This document shows, one piece after another, positions 12,750 through 26,049 of a stretch of 64,000 bases of DNA. The translations under genes were made by a program, and so were the position numbers. The notes under the pieces were generated by a model. The model had not been told where the DNA came from, ran no database searches, and saw only the letters and a program-made list of their open reading frames with translations. This DNA comes from Octopus vulgaris (lineage: Eukaryota): assembly GCA_951406725.2 (NCBI GenBank), contig CATOCA020000002.1:1240001-1304000 (forward strand), in the 5' to 3' direction. Position 1 is the stretch's first letter, and each line of letters starts with the position of its first letter.

Positions 12750-13860
12750 GTTTACTTTCTATGCATCAATCACCTCATCACACTTAAAGATCATAAACCC
12801 AACTTGCTCAATCCCTCCAAGAGAGAGACAGGCATTGTCAGCTAGCATATTCTTGATACCATCAACTCAATATTGCAAGGGTCACAGAATTCACCCAATG
12901 GGATCCAGCACAGCCGTGATCAACTGGTCAAGAATAAAGCAGCCTGCAGTATGATATCATGAATTTCTACCCTTCAATATAGAAGCTTCTACTCCTAAAG
13001 GCCTTAGATTTCACCAGGCTGTTCACTGATATGAGTGACCAATGCCAGGATCATTATGAATATGAGAAAGTCAATCTTGGTTCATGATTCCTACTGGGTG
13101 AAGAAAGGCAATCTACTGTTTGACGTAACTATGGGAAGCTATGACAGGGCTAAGATTGCTGACCTCAACAGGTTATTTATCTTGGATACCCTCAACAGTA
13201 CACATACAAGAACAACAGCCTGGCAATTTGAAGCCATATGAATGGATTTGTCATGGACAAGAACAGGAAATACCTGATAAAGAGCTTCAAAGAATTCAGC
13301 CTATCCATAACAGCTATCACCTACTTGACAACAGTAAACTTCCTGAAAATGGACATGTACAATCGATAAAAGGAAGCCCATCAAGGAAACTGCATATCCA
13401 CAGAAACTCTAGCTACCCTCTGCTGTAATTAGAAGCCTAGTTTTAGGCATTAGCAGCGAATCTCTAAACTTTCAACCAACAGAGAGATCTTCAATAGGAC
13501 TTCCCCCTGTTATAACAAGTTAACATATATGGAGGACACCCACTATCATACCTGAAGAGAAACAGAAAGAGAAGAATAATCTGATTCACGATTCAACTCT
13601 CCATTTAACATAAAAGTTTCAACCAACATAGCTAGGAGCTTCCTGCCATTGATCAAGGCCATAAGTACTATAAGCTTTTCAACCCACACAATGTCAAGGT
13701 TAGCTACTCCTGCTTAGACATCATCACTTCTAATATTGCATACTACAACAGATGCAAGCACACACCTACACAACCCCCAACCTGTAACTTCTAAAATTTT
13801 ACCAACTGCCCTCTGGGAGGATCTCAGCTCTCAATGACAGGAGTCCACAGAGCCACTCTC
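12750..13860 (+). mobile_element. Penelope-like element RT relic
   Basis: YDIMNFYPSI, FDVTMGSYD, PFNIKVSTNIARSFL, HKYYKLFNPHNVKVSYSC. Confidence 0.75.
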
Positions 13861-14329
13861 TCACCATCCAATGATAGATGGTGTGAGAGTGGCTCTGATA
13901 CTTAAACTTCTCCACTTGTCGCAGTGATGTTCACCCTGGATTGCCATTACCTTGGTGCCTTTCCAGAGATTTGTCGCTTGTAAGTATCACAGGTGGTGAG
14001 ATGGGAGGTGGAGTGGGTATAAATGATATGGAGATGGCTGGAAGTGGAAAAGTGAGTATATGTAGAGTGATGTGGATGGATTGAGACAGTCTGTAGTACA
14101 TAGATATAATTAATGATGGGGAAGCAGAGTGATAAAGATGATGTTGGTGGGCAACCATTTGTTGGTTTAAGGTGGTGGGGAGATGAGAGACAGTGGAGTT
14201 TGAGTGATAGAGAGATGAAATCATTGAAGCAAATGGGGAGATGGGTGGAGAGAATGTGATCAACAGGTAGATGAGAGAAAGGTGAGGGATTCAAAATGTG
14301 TTGGGACACACTCATACACACACCTTACT

Positions 14330-15310
14330 ACTATCATTTCAACACGTTTCACTGTGGGTGGTTGTGTCTTCAGTAACACTGCATATTGCCAATCATATTG
14401 TCATCACCTGCATGAGATATAGTATCTTCATTCAGCCTTCACTATTTTGTCCCAGAACTTTTTCAGTTCCTTCTTTCATAGGTTCCACAAATTTCATGTG
14501 TACAACATTTCCTTGTGAGCAGTCATCCTCTATATGCATTACACGCTCATACCAATACAGCCTTCTCGCTTGTACCTTACATCTAATTCTCTTTATGGCT
14601 AGTTTTTTTTTTCTCATGTCATTTATACTTTAGTGTTCATGCATTAGAATATCTTTGTTTCATTTCCTTCAAACTTTTGCAAATCTTCTGCATTTAAAGC
14701 TACATTTCACTACCATGCAGCATTGCAGTTCAAATATAAGCATCATGCAATCTGCCTTTCACTTTGAAAAGACCTTTCTTACCAGCAGAGGCGATAACTC
14801 TCTGAACTTTTTCCAAGATGTTCTAGGCTTTTTCAGCAACTCCTCCTCCAGTTAATTATGTCACTTAGGTAACAGTAGCTATCAACTATTAGTGAGTGAA
14901 CCAGACATTTAAAAGAATCTATTTCCAGTATGCTCTTAGTGCGTATCACCCCAGTGCATCTACCACATACAAAAGTTACTTTCTCTGTTGTGATGCAGTG
15001 ATCTCTGCTTGTGAGTTCACTGCACCACATGTGCCTATTGCATGCACTAGAGAAGGCTTATGGAGTTCCTGTCAACTCTTTTTCTGCATATCAAGCATAA
15101 TGCTGAGATCCTATCTTCTTCCCTATTTACTAGTGCTTTAGTCTTTTCTAAATTTACTTAGAGGTTTCTGAACTCTAGGTTCTGCTTTCATGTCTGGAAT
15201 GCCTTCTCTAATTCTACAATAGATTCAGCTATAACTGCTAGGTCATGGACAGTATATTCTGAACCTCTCTGTGATTACCTGTAAGGCTATCATGAATAGA
15301 AGATGGCTTA
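14330..15310 (-). mobile_element. old RTE LINE 3' fragment
   Basis: VQARRLYWY..VM, FVCGRCTG, VDSYCYLSD; same family as 52520-54940. Confidence 0.7.
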
Positions 15311-15394
15311 GGATTGAACCTTGATGGACCCCTAAATTTGTTGCTAAACTCATCACTGACTCACTTTACTGACTGCACCTCAGTACATAAATTG

Positions 15395-16238
15395 TACAGA
15401 TTACAAGAGGTGGAGAAGTTTACCTATCTGGGCTCTACCGTCACCTACAACCTATCCCTTGATGCTGAGCTCAAATTACGCATTGGCAAGGCAGCTGCTG
15501 CGATGGCCCAACTCTCCAAACGGGCTTGGGACAACAATAAGAAAATGAAGATCTACCAGGCATGTGTACTCAGCACTCTACTGTATGGAAGTGAGACCTG
15601 GACGCTATACACACGCCAAGAGCGTCGCCTAAACATCTTTCACCTGCGCTGCCTCCGAAAAATCCTCCGCATCAAATGGCAGAATCATATCCCCAACAAA
15701 GATGTCCTCAGGCAAGCAGGAATACCAAGCATGTTTGCACTCCTCACACAAAGACGTATGAGATGGCTTGGGCATGTTAGCCGTATGAAAGATGGCAGAA
15801 TCCCCAAGGACATACTCTACGGAGAGCTTGCTAGGGGTACTAGGTCTGTGGGTAGACCGATCTTACATTACAAGGATGTTTGCAAAAGGGACATGAAGGC
15901 CTGCAAAATCAATATTAGCGGTTGGGAGGCAGTTGCCGGCAACCGTGGAGAATGGCGACGTACCGTAAAAGAGGGAATACAAAGGAGTGACAGAGAGAGA
16001 GAGGAGAAATGGAAAGAAAAGAAGAGACGTCAACAAGAGACTATGGCATTACAACCAACCAGGAACAGTCTTCGCTACATTTGCAGTACCTGCCAGAGGG
16101 AGTGTTTGTCCAGGATAGGACTACACAGCCACAGCAGGAAATGTATCAGGACATGAAATATAAAAGCCGGACTAGACTACTTAATGCGCAACTCCATTGT
16201 CTCCCGAGACAGAAAGGATGCCAACCAAACCAACAATG
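15395..16238 (+). mobile_element. RTE (BovB-like) LINE 3' fragment with open frame to 16156
   Basis: EVEKFTYLGS, LLYGSETW, RRMRWLGHV.RM.DGRIPK, C-terminal CxxC...HxxxC; CAA-rich tail. Confidence 0.9.
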
Positions 16239-16849
16239 AAATTGCTACGCCTGTAATTGAATAATACACCTTCATATGTTACCTGACTAACTATTTGGAT
16301 GAGTAGTATATCCTATTTTGCCGCATATTTTGAGCATCTCAGCAACTATGGACCAACAACTTTCTCTACTTTCATATCTTTAATTGCTCTATTAACCATG
16401 CCACTATCAAATCGAAATGCCAGTCTCTGTGAAGTTAGTATAAAGTAAAAATGACAGACAGCAATAGATACATAAAGCACTGAGGGTATTGTAAATAGGT
16501 TGTACAAAACCTGCTGGCTAAAATACACATATTTAGTCATCCGTGTGAACTCTCTACTCCCTACTCACACTTCTTTAGCAATACCCAGCAATTTATATTA
16601 TGATCTCTGTACCTTTAGGGTATGCCCTGGCACTTGCCCCTATTTATCTCTCTCTTCCTTTACTTCCTTTATATTCTGATACCCGCCCTTTGTGAGTATG
16701 CCCAGGCACTTTGCCATCATCTCTTGCAATCTTGTTGCCTTGGTGCTTCCATTCTCTCTCACTTTCTCTTGCTCTTCCCTCTGGTTAGGTAACTATGTAT
16801 CTCCTCTACAGCAGCACACCTGTTTCTGTCCTCATTCTTGATCATTCTC

Positions 16850-17335
16850 TCTCTCTCTCTCTGGCTGAGCAATGATATACCTAGTTTGTGACAGAGAGAC
16901 AGAAACAGATGTCTTGCTGTAGCAAGACTTTTGTTTCTGTCTCTCTGTCACACTCTAACCTTTCATCATCTGCCACAAGATCACCTCCTCTGATGCCCCC
17001 TCTCCTCTCAAAGATTCCTTGTCTTACAAGTTACTTGGTGACCCTGCCAGTGCTAGTGCCATGTAAAAGGCATCCAGTCCACACTGTAAAGTGGTTGGCA
17101 TTTGGAAAGGCATCAAGCTGTAAAACTAGGCCAAAACTGACTTCACCTGTGCTGGTATCACATAAAAAGCACTCAGTCCACTTTGTGGGGTGGTTAGAGT
17201 TAGGAAGGCATCCAGCAGTAAAAACCATGCCAAAACAGACACACAAGTCTGGTGTAATCTTCTGCCTGGCCAGCTCTTGTCAAACTGTCCAATCCATACC
17301 AGCATAGAAAGCGGATGTTAAATGATGATGATGAT
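16850..17335 (+). mobile_element. RTE-tail-bearing non-autonomous element
   Basis: TAGGAAGGCATCCAGC...GGATGTTAAATGATGATG tail. Confidence 0.7.
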
Positions 17336-17754
17336 TTTCTTCTGTTCAAAAACTTATCTTTTACTCTCCAATTGCTTTTTAAGATAGCAAAGGCAATCCA
17401 TTGAGGAGAGCAGTAACTCTCAATAAATCCATCTATTGCGCAATTTTTTGTTACCAAAATCCTTGTTTAGCTTTTTAGAAAGAAAGAAATTAGCACAGAA
17501 CCTCTACTATATTACTGTTTACATACCAACACTGTTCTGTTCCAACTTAGCTGGCAAAGTTACAGTGAAGGCAAGACATTCAAATTTGTTAGCAACTCAG
17601 TCCACTTTGTGGGGTGGTTAGAGTTAGGAAAAGGATAGCTTTAACACATTTCTTTTTAAATCATTACTAATATCACAGCAGTCTTAGATTGATGAACCAC
17701 CTGGCTCCTAGCCTCCAGTTTGAATTATGGGACCACTGGGTGCAAACCAGCCTT

Positions 17755-20700
17755 CATCATCATCATTGTCGTTTAACATCTGCTTTCCATGCTGGCATGG
17801 GTTGGACACTTTGAGTGAGAGCTGGTGAACCAGAAGGCTGCACCAGGCTCCAATCTGATCTGGCAATGTTTCTACAGATGGATACCCTTCCTAATGCCAA
17901 CCACTCCGAGAGTGTAGTGGGTGCTTTTACGTGCCACCGGCATGAGGGCCAGTCAGGTGGTACAAGCATCAACCATGCTTAAATGATGCTTTTTGTGTGC
18001 CACCTGCACAGGAGCCAGTCTGGCGGTACTGACAACAACTACATTTGGATGGTGTTTTTTATGTGCCACTGGCGACACTGGCAACAATCACACTTGAATA
18101 GTGCTTTTTACATGCCACTTGCACAGGAGCCAGTCAACGACCCTGGCAATGATCACGCTCAAATGCTGCTTTTAATGTTCCACTGGCATAGGTGCCAATC
18201 AGGCAGTACTGTCATCAGCCATGACAACGATCTCACTTGCCTCAACAGGTCTTTGCAAGCATAGTTTGTTGTCCAATGATTGAAGGGTACTCTTAAATGG
18301 GCTGGTTATACAGCACTGCCTTAGGCCATGGTGATGGTCTCACTTGGCTTGCTGTGTCTTCTCAAGTACAGCATATCTCCAAAGGTCTCGGTCACTTGCC
18401 ATTGCCTCGGTGAGGCCCAATGTTTGAAGGTCATGCTTCACCACCTCATCCCAGGTCTTCCTGGGTCTACCTATTTCAAAGGTTCCCTCAACTGCTAGGA
18501 TGTGAAACTTTTTCACACAGCTGTCCTCATCCATTCACAACACATGACCATACCAGCGCAGTTGTCTCTCTTGCACACCACATCTGATGCTTCTTAAGTC
18601 CAACTTTTCTCTCAGGGTGCTTGCACTCTGTCGTGTATATCACACTGACATTACACATCCATCGGAGCATACTGTCTTCAATCCTTGCAAGCTTATGTAT
18701 GTCCTCAGCAGTCATGGCCCATGTTTCATTGCCATGGCTGTTCGTACACATGCATCATACAGTCTACCTCTTACTCTGAGTGAGGGGCCCTTTGTCACCA
18801 GCAGAGGTAGGAGCTCTCTGAACTTTGCCCAAGCTATTCTTATTCTAGCAGCTACACTTTCAGAGTATTCCCCACCCACTACTGACTTGGTCACCTAGGT
18901 AACGGAAGCTATCAACTACTTCTAGTTTTCCTCCCTGCAATGTGGTGGAAGTTGTTCTCTGTGCATTTTCAGTGTTTATTGCTCCTGAGTATTTGCTACA
19001 CAGAAAATCTATCTTCCTAGTTAGCCTTCCTTTGATATTTATGCACCTCTTACACGTGTCCATAGCTTACACTGGGTACATCTTATGGAGTTTCTACCTA
19101 TGCCTTTTCTACAGATCAAGCAGGGCCATCTACCTAAAGGGATTTGTTGTTTGTCTGTCTTCCTACTTATTAGGACTTTGGTTTTTGCTAGATTGACTCT
19201 AAGGCCCTTAGATTCTAATCCTTGCTTCCACAGCTGAAATTTCTCCTCTAGTTCTGATAGTGACTCAGCTATAAGAGCAAGGTCATCAGTATAGAGAAGC
19301 TCCCAGGGGCATCCTGTCTTGAATTCCACTGTTATTGCCTGGAAGACTATGATGAATAAGAGCGGGCTGAGGACTGATCTTTGGTTGACCCCTACCCCTA
19401 ACCAAAATTTTTCACTGTACTCGTTGCCAACCTTCACCTTACTTACAGCATCCCTGTACATGGCTTGTACAGCTCTCACTAACCATTCATCTATCTCTAG
19501 TTTCCTCATTGATCACTAGATAAGTCAAAGGCTTTCTCCATGTCAATGAAAACTAAGTACAGAAGTTTATCTTTGGCTAGTTATTTTTCCTGCAGCTGTC
19601 TTACCATAAATATAGCACCAGTGGAGCTTTTCTCTGGCACAAACCCAAACTGCATCTCATCTAGACTGACTCTCTCCCTAATTAGTTGGGCTATGACCCT
19701 CTCTGTGACCTTCATTACCTGATCCAACAACTTGATACCTCTGTAATTATTTGTATCTAATGCATCACCTTTACCTTTGTAGCAGTTGACTATGGTGCTG
19801 CTACACAAGTCATTGGGTAGGACTCCTTCATGTATCACCTGGTTGACTATATATATCTGCTTCCCCTATGGCTAAATAAACCTGTCTCCTAGCTTCCCTT
19901 CTGGCAGTCTGATACAATTCCCTGCTACCACTATTCTTCCAGTCCTTCCATGCCTGTTTCTTTTCCCTAATAGCCCTATCCAACTACATTGTTCCACTAC
20001 CACCTTGGGTCGAGAGGAAACTTTGCGCCATCCACAGATATGATCAGTAGCCCTCAACAGGTTGTTCCATAGAAACCTCCAGTTGTCTTCCACATCATGT
20101 GATGCTATATTCCCCTCTATTTTGTGAAAAGCTTCAAGTAATATATCTCTAAATCTCTGTCCATTCGCAGGATCCTAAAGCTTCCAGACCCTTCTCCTCT
20201 ATGCTGGTCATCTTCTGGGCATCCATTTAGCCCTGATCCTGAAGTCACTAACTACTAATCTATGTTGTTGGGGTGCATTCTTCACCTGGAAAGGTTTGAG
20301 CATTTATAAGTGGCCGTCTTTCCCATTTCCTGGCAAGGATGTAGTCAATTTAACTTGTGTGTCTACCAGAATGGTAGGTGAATAGGCGACTGGCAGGTTT
20401 CCTTAACCATAAGATCATTTGCATCACAGAACTCCAGCAGCCTGGTTCCCTCCTCATTCCAGGAACCAAAATCATAGCCTCCATCTAGCCAAGGAAGATC
20501 CCTGCATGTTGTTCAACATGTCCATTGAAATCACCAGCCACAAAGAGAAGGTCCCTGTCATTCGTCGACGAGGTAGTCTACAAGAGGGTGTCATAAAATC
20601 AATCTTTCTGTCTATCAGGTAGCCTCAGCTGAGGGGCATAGGCTGAGATAATGGTTGCTAGCCCATGATGAAGCATTAAGTATTCTGTCACATACTCTGA

Positions 20701-21900
20701 CTACCTTGATTACCATATCAACCCATTTCTCTACAAGAAGTATAACCACGTCCTCGACCCCATAAGTGTTCCCTGTCCAGAAAATCTTATACCTATGTTC
20801 TTTGCCTGTGAGGAACCTAGCAGAACCTCCTTTCTACCTTACTTCTTGGATGCAGCACAAATCTACACGTCCCCACACAAGCATATCAACAATCTCACCA
20901 GACCTACCTTTCAGTGTGCCCACATTGAATATGCCAACCCTGAGGGTGTGGGAGGTGTGGGCTCGTGAAAACCCTGGGATGGGGGACAGCAGCATCATGT
21001 ACCTGAAAAGGAAGCTTGCATTTGGCAGAACTCATATACATACAATAGTTTTCAACCTGCATACACCACACCATTTTTATGCACTACATGATTACTATCT
21101 TACATAGGAGATAAACCTTAAGTAGGGATGGGGGGCATTAGGTCTTTAGAAGTGTTCATGGGAGACATCCAATAGAGGTCAGAGGATAGAGACTTCCAGA
21201 ACAGGTGATGGAGTGGGAGGGCGGGTGCACCGCAAAACAGCAGAGATTAAAGCTGCAAGGCTGCTGGTGCCAGAAAATATCATGATAATAGTGAGATAGA
21301 ATTGGGCATTTGAAAATCTTAACTAGAGCTATAACCAAGTGGTTATTGAGAGAGAGAAAGAGAGAGAGAGACCAGAACACGAGTGAGAAAATATTTTTGG
21401 GATTTAGGGTAACGTAACTTAATGAAATAGCAGAGACTAAGGCTGCTGGTGTCTGAATATTATGATAATAGTGAGATAGAATTGGGCATTTGAAAATCTT
21501 AACTAGAGCTATAACCAAGAGTTTCCGGTCAGCCAATCCGTGACAGAATTAGATAGATGAATGAATAAGTGACAATAATAAATGAGCGAGAAAGAGACAG
21601 AGAAAGGGAGAGAATTGGATGGAGCGAAGGGATCTTAAGTTTGTTTTTTTTTAACATACAGCATGGAAGGCGAAACTATGTTTACATAGGTAATGAAATA
21701 GATAGAATAATGAAATAAACTAATTAAGTAATTATGATGATCTGCGCTGTAAGAGAATTAGATGTACTAGGTTGAAAAAACAAGATTGATTATCAGAAGA
21801 TCTGGTTTTCTACTCTTTCGGTGGAGTGATTAAAATGAGGTCGGGGAATCTGAGCATGCTAGTTTATATAGGCTGAGGTGGGGGAGAAGGAGGTAAGTTT
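17755..21900 (-). mobile_element. near full-length degenerate RTE LINE (5' UTR with tandem monomers, APE endonuclease, RT, repetitive 3' UTR, (GAT)n tail)
   Basis: LRVGIFNVGTLKGR..DLCCIQEVR at ~20950-20840; NYRGIKLL, QFGF, LLYTDDL; tail at 17755. 5' boundary uncertain. Confidence 0.88.
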
Positions 21901-22026
21901 TGGGGAAGCAAGTGGTTATCGAAACAGAGAGAGAGTGTAAAAAATATGACAATGATGGTGATGATGATGAATGGATACTTTCAGATTAAACAAACCCTGT
22001 TAGCAAAAGAAATTAGAATTATTTAC

Positions 22027-22090
22027 CAGGATTTTCACATCTCCATGTGGTGTGATTCTAGCAGAACAGTCTGGTTCAACGATAATGGTG
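22027..22090 (-). CDS. OPLAH: 5-oxoprolinase internal exon (3rd)
   Basis: ttttcag|C ACC ATT ATC GTT GAA CCA...CTG|gtaaat; (S)TIIVEPDCSARITPHGDVKIL; 64 nt, completes the AG-C codon from the previous exon. Confidence 0.92.
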
Positions 22091-22342
22091 CTGAAAAGAG
22101 AGTCACAAAACATTTAGAATGTAACAATCATTGTAATATTGGTAATGATTTAAAAAGAAATGAGCAAAAATTATCTGATTTCTGTGAATGCCAGTGCTTA
22201 GCTTTACTGTTTAGCTGGTCTGTCTAAGGTAACATACCCAGATGATCTGGTACCTAATCATGACATCTAGTTTAAGTGAGATAATATAGAATAATTTATA
22301 TGATACTAACAAATCAGAAAAAAAAGCTTGAAAATTTGAGTA

Positions 22343-22800
22343 TCATCATCATCGTTTAACGTCCTCCTTCCATGCTGGAATGGGGTTGGAAGGTTTGACA
22401 GGAGCTGGCCAGGCAGGAGCCTGCATCATGCTTCTGCGTTTGTTTTGGAATGGCTTTTACAGTTGGATACTCTTCCTAATACCAACCACTCTGCAGAGTG
22501 AGCTGAGAGCTTTTTACATGACACAAGCACATGCTAAGTCAGTTTTGGCATGGTTTTACAGCTGGATGCCCTTCTAAATGCCAACCACTTTACAGTGTTG
22601 ACTGGATGCTTTTTAAGTGGCACCTGCACTGGAAGGGTCACTAAGTAACTTTGCAAGACAAGGAATCTTTGAGAGGGGGCGCATTAGAGGAGGTAATCTT
22701 GTGTCAGATGATGAAAGGTTAGAATGTGACAGAAAGACAGAAACAGATATCTTGCTGTAGAGGAGGTACACAGTTACCCAGTCAGAGAAAGAGAGAGAGA
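22343..22800 (-). mobile_element. RTE-tail-bearing non-autonomous element
   Basis: Reverse-complement homolog of 16850-17335. Confidence 0.7.
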
Positions 22801-22907
22801 AAGTTCAGAAAATTGGTTAAATTATTTCTGTGATGGAAGAAGGGGAATATATATGAGTATTCATAATTAATTTAACACACACACACACACACATACACAA
22901 ACAGATG

Positions 22908-23262
22908 CAGGCATAGCAGTGTGGTAAGAGGTTTGCTTCCCAGCTTCATGGTCATGGGTTCAATTCTACTGTGTGGCACCTTGGTCAAGTGTTTTTACTA
23001 TAGCCCTGGGCTAACCAAAGCCATGTGAATGGATTTGGTAGATGGAAATATATATGTGAAAATATATATATTTGTGTGTGTGTGTTTGTTCCCACCACCA
23101 CATCTTCACAAACAATGTTAGTATGTTTATGTAACTTAGCATTTTGGTATAAGGGACTAATAGATTAGGTACCAGTACTGGGGTTGATTCATTCACCTAG
23201 AACCCTTCAATGTGGTGCCCCAGCATGGACACAGTCCAATGACTGAAACAAGTAAAAGAGAT
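22908..23262 (+). mobile_element. tRNA-derived SINE
   Basis: Homologous to 60063-60448. Confidence 0.75.
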
Positions 23263-23269
23263 AATTTAT

Positions 23270-24378
23270 CAGCATCATCATTTAATGTCTGCTTTCCATG
23301 CTGGCATGGGTTGGACGGTTTTACTGGAACTGGTAAGCTGGAGAGCTGTACCAGATTCCAGTCTGATTTGGCATGGTTTCTATGGCTGGATGCTATTCCT
23401 AACATCAACCACTACAAGAATGTAATGGGTGCTTTTTATGTGCCACCAGCATGGGTACCAGTTATGTGACACCAGCATTGGCCATGACTATGATTCCACT
23501 TGGCTTGACGAGTCTTCTCAAGCATAGCATATTGCCAACTGTCTCGGTCATTTGTCATCACCTCCATGAGGCCCAACATTCTAAGATCTTATTCCACCAC
23601 CTCATCCCATATCTTCTTGGGTCTACCTCTTCTACAGGTTCCCTCCACAGTTAGAGATCAGCACTTCTTTACACAGCTGTCCTCATCCATATACATCATG
23701 TGACCATACCAGCATAGTCATCTCTCTTGCACACCACATCTGATGCCTCTTATGCCCAGTTTTTCTCTCAAAATGCTTACACTGTGTTGACCATGCACAT
23801 GTGTTGATAATGCACATCCAGTGAAATATACTAGCTTCATTTTTTTCAAGCCTTTGCATGTCTCTGAGGAGGAGGCCCTTTGTTACCAACAAAGGTAGAA
23901 GCACTCTAAATTTTGCCCACCTATTCTTATTCTAGCAGCTATGCTCTCACATCATCCACCTCCACTGCTGACTTGGTCACCTAGATAACAGAAGCTATCA
24001 ACTATCCCACCTGGCATTTGGTGGAGTCTATTTTCTGTACATTTTTTTAGTGTAATATTGTACCTGTACATCTGTTACACACAAAGACTATTTTCCCTGT
24101 TAACCTTCCTGCTGCACCTCTTATATGTCCATAGTTTGCACCGGGCACATCTTATGGAGTTTCTACCTATGCCTTTTCTACATATCGAGCAGGGCCCTCT
24201 ACCTGTAGGGATTTGATTTGTCCACTTTCCAACTTACTAAAACTTTGGTTTTTGTTAAATTAACTTTAAGGCCTTTTGATTTTAGATCCTGCTTCCACAC
24301 CTGTAATTCCTTCTCTAGTTCTGGTAGTGATTCAGCTATAACAACAAAGTCATTAGCATAGAGGAGCTCTCAGAGACA
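23270..24378 (-). mobile_element. RTE LINE 3' fragment
   Basis: ELLYAND, PCSICRKGIGRNSIRC, LLPLLVTKG; 3' tail at 23270. Confidence 0.8.
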
Positions 24379-25183
24379 ATGACAGGAGACCAAGACCTTT
24401 GGAAATATACTGTGATTGAGAAGACCCAGCAACTAAAGTGAGATCGCAGCCATGGCTGATACCAGTGTTGCATGTCCGGCCCATTTAAGAGTACCCTTAA
24501 TATGTCAGGCAATATGATATGTTAGTTAGTTAGTTAGTTAATTTTTGGCTCAAAAAGCAAAAAGCAAGGCCATGTAGGGGGACATGGAGTGTACAGGGTG
24601 GTGTTCATGTAAAGAGTTCAGGCCACTTGAGGTCAAGGGAGACTTTGAACCGAGCGGTCGTCAGCATCTTCACCATCTCGTCTGGCAGCTTATTCCACGG
24701 ATATGCTTGAGAAGACCTGTTGAGTCAAGTAAAACCAAAATCGTAGCTGTGGCCAGTGCTCCCTGACTGGCTCCTGTTCTGGTAGCATGTAAAATGCATC
24801 ATCTGAATGTGGTTGATGCCAGTGTCCTCTGACTGGCTCCTGTGTCAGTGACACGTAAAAAGCACCATCCAAATGTGGCTGATGCCAGGTCTGCCTGACT
24901 GGGACCTGTGCCAGTGGCATGTAAAAAGCACCATCCAAACATGGCCAATACCAGTACCCCCTAACTGGCTCCCATGCTGGTGGCACATAAAAAGCACTAT
25001 CCAAATGTGATTGATGACAGGCCCGCCTGACTGGCTCCTGTGCTGGTGGCATGTAAAAAGCACTCACTACACTCTTGGAGTGGTTGGGGTTAGGAAGGGC
25101 ATCTACCTGTAGAAACATTGCCAGATCAGATTGTAGTCTGGTGCAACCGCTGGCTTGGACATTAAACAATGATGATGATGATG
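24379..25183 (+). mobile_element. RTE 3' end with ~62-bp tandem 3'-UTR repeats (interrupted by a CR1 fragment)
   Basis: DLWKY..EKT stop; repeated GTAAAAAGCACCATCC; (GAT)n tail. Confidence 0.8.
24522..24699 (-). mobile_element. CR1-type LINE 3' stub with (TAAC)n tail
   Basis: Nearly identical to 41053-41237; flanked by GATATG at 24516-24521 and 24700-24705 (candidate target-site duplication). Confidence 0.85.
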
Positions 25184-25519
25184 ATATATATATATATGAT
25201 ATATATATATATATATATATAAAAAATGTGAATTTTTAATTATTTTCTGAGATTTTACAAAAACAACAAAAAATTTTTTTATTTTTCTCTATATATAGAT
25301 GAGAAAGTTGGTTTGTGAAATATATATGCATGTATACATACACATGTGCATACATAAATACACATAAGTATGTATATAAGGCATGTAATTATACACATAT
25401 ATATGCATTATAACCTCCAATTTGATAGTATTTGTTTATATTTTAGTGTGATTTAATTAATGCTTCTATTAAATACACTTACATAAACTGATTTCTACAT
25501 AAAGCATAGGTGTTTATCT

Positions 25520-26045
25520 ACCAGTAGCAGCATAGCCTGGCGTTGCCCGGGTATGTAGGAGTCCCTAGTAGGCAACGACTAATCCCAATCTAGTCCTTTC
25601 CCTCTAATTTCCTGCCAATTTGTGAAAGATATTGTCGAAAATATGTCATCTTGAATTTGAACGCGATTTCCCAAAATGGCATGATTTTATCGATTTTTTC
25701 TGATGGTAAGGTATTGCATGGAAAACTAACGTTAGAATTAAGTTTCTCAGAGTAACATTAAGCTTCACCATGAGTTTGGTGAAAATCTATTGCAAGTTGC
25801 AAAAACTACAACAGAAAATGTGTTGCATATAAAAAGCTTAGATTCTTGACCCCATGTCGAATTTATCGATTTTTTTCAGAACTGGGGGAACTTTTCAAAA
25901 TTTTCGCTGCGTTAGTTTTGAATTATGACATTGGGTTATGTGTGTGTCAAGTTTCATCAGAATCGGTTGAAAGCTGTGGTCAGGGTGAGGGTACAACCTG
26001 ACAGACACACAGACAGACAAACTGCCATTTATATAGAGAGAGATA
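25520..26045 (+). mobile_element. non-autonomous Helitron-like element
   Basis: 5' hairpin CCTGGCGTTGCCCGGG, 3' ACAGAC microsatellite then TATATAGA, as in Lep1-type elements. Confidence 0.5.
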
Positions 26046-26049
26046 TAAT

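Noticed and set aside
23270-25183. Twin-primed (5'-inverted) single RTE insertion
   Set aside because: Both halves have their own 3' UTR and tail and overlap in element coordinates, so they are two insertions.
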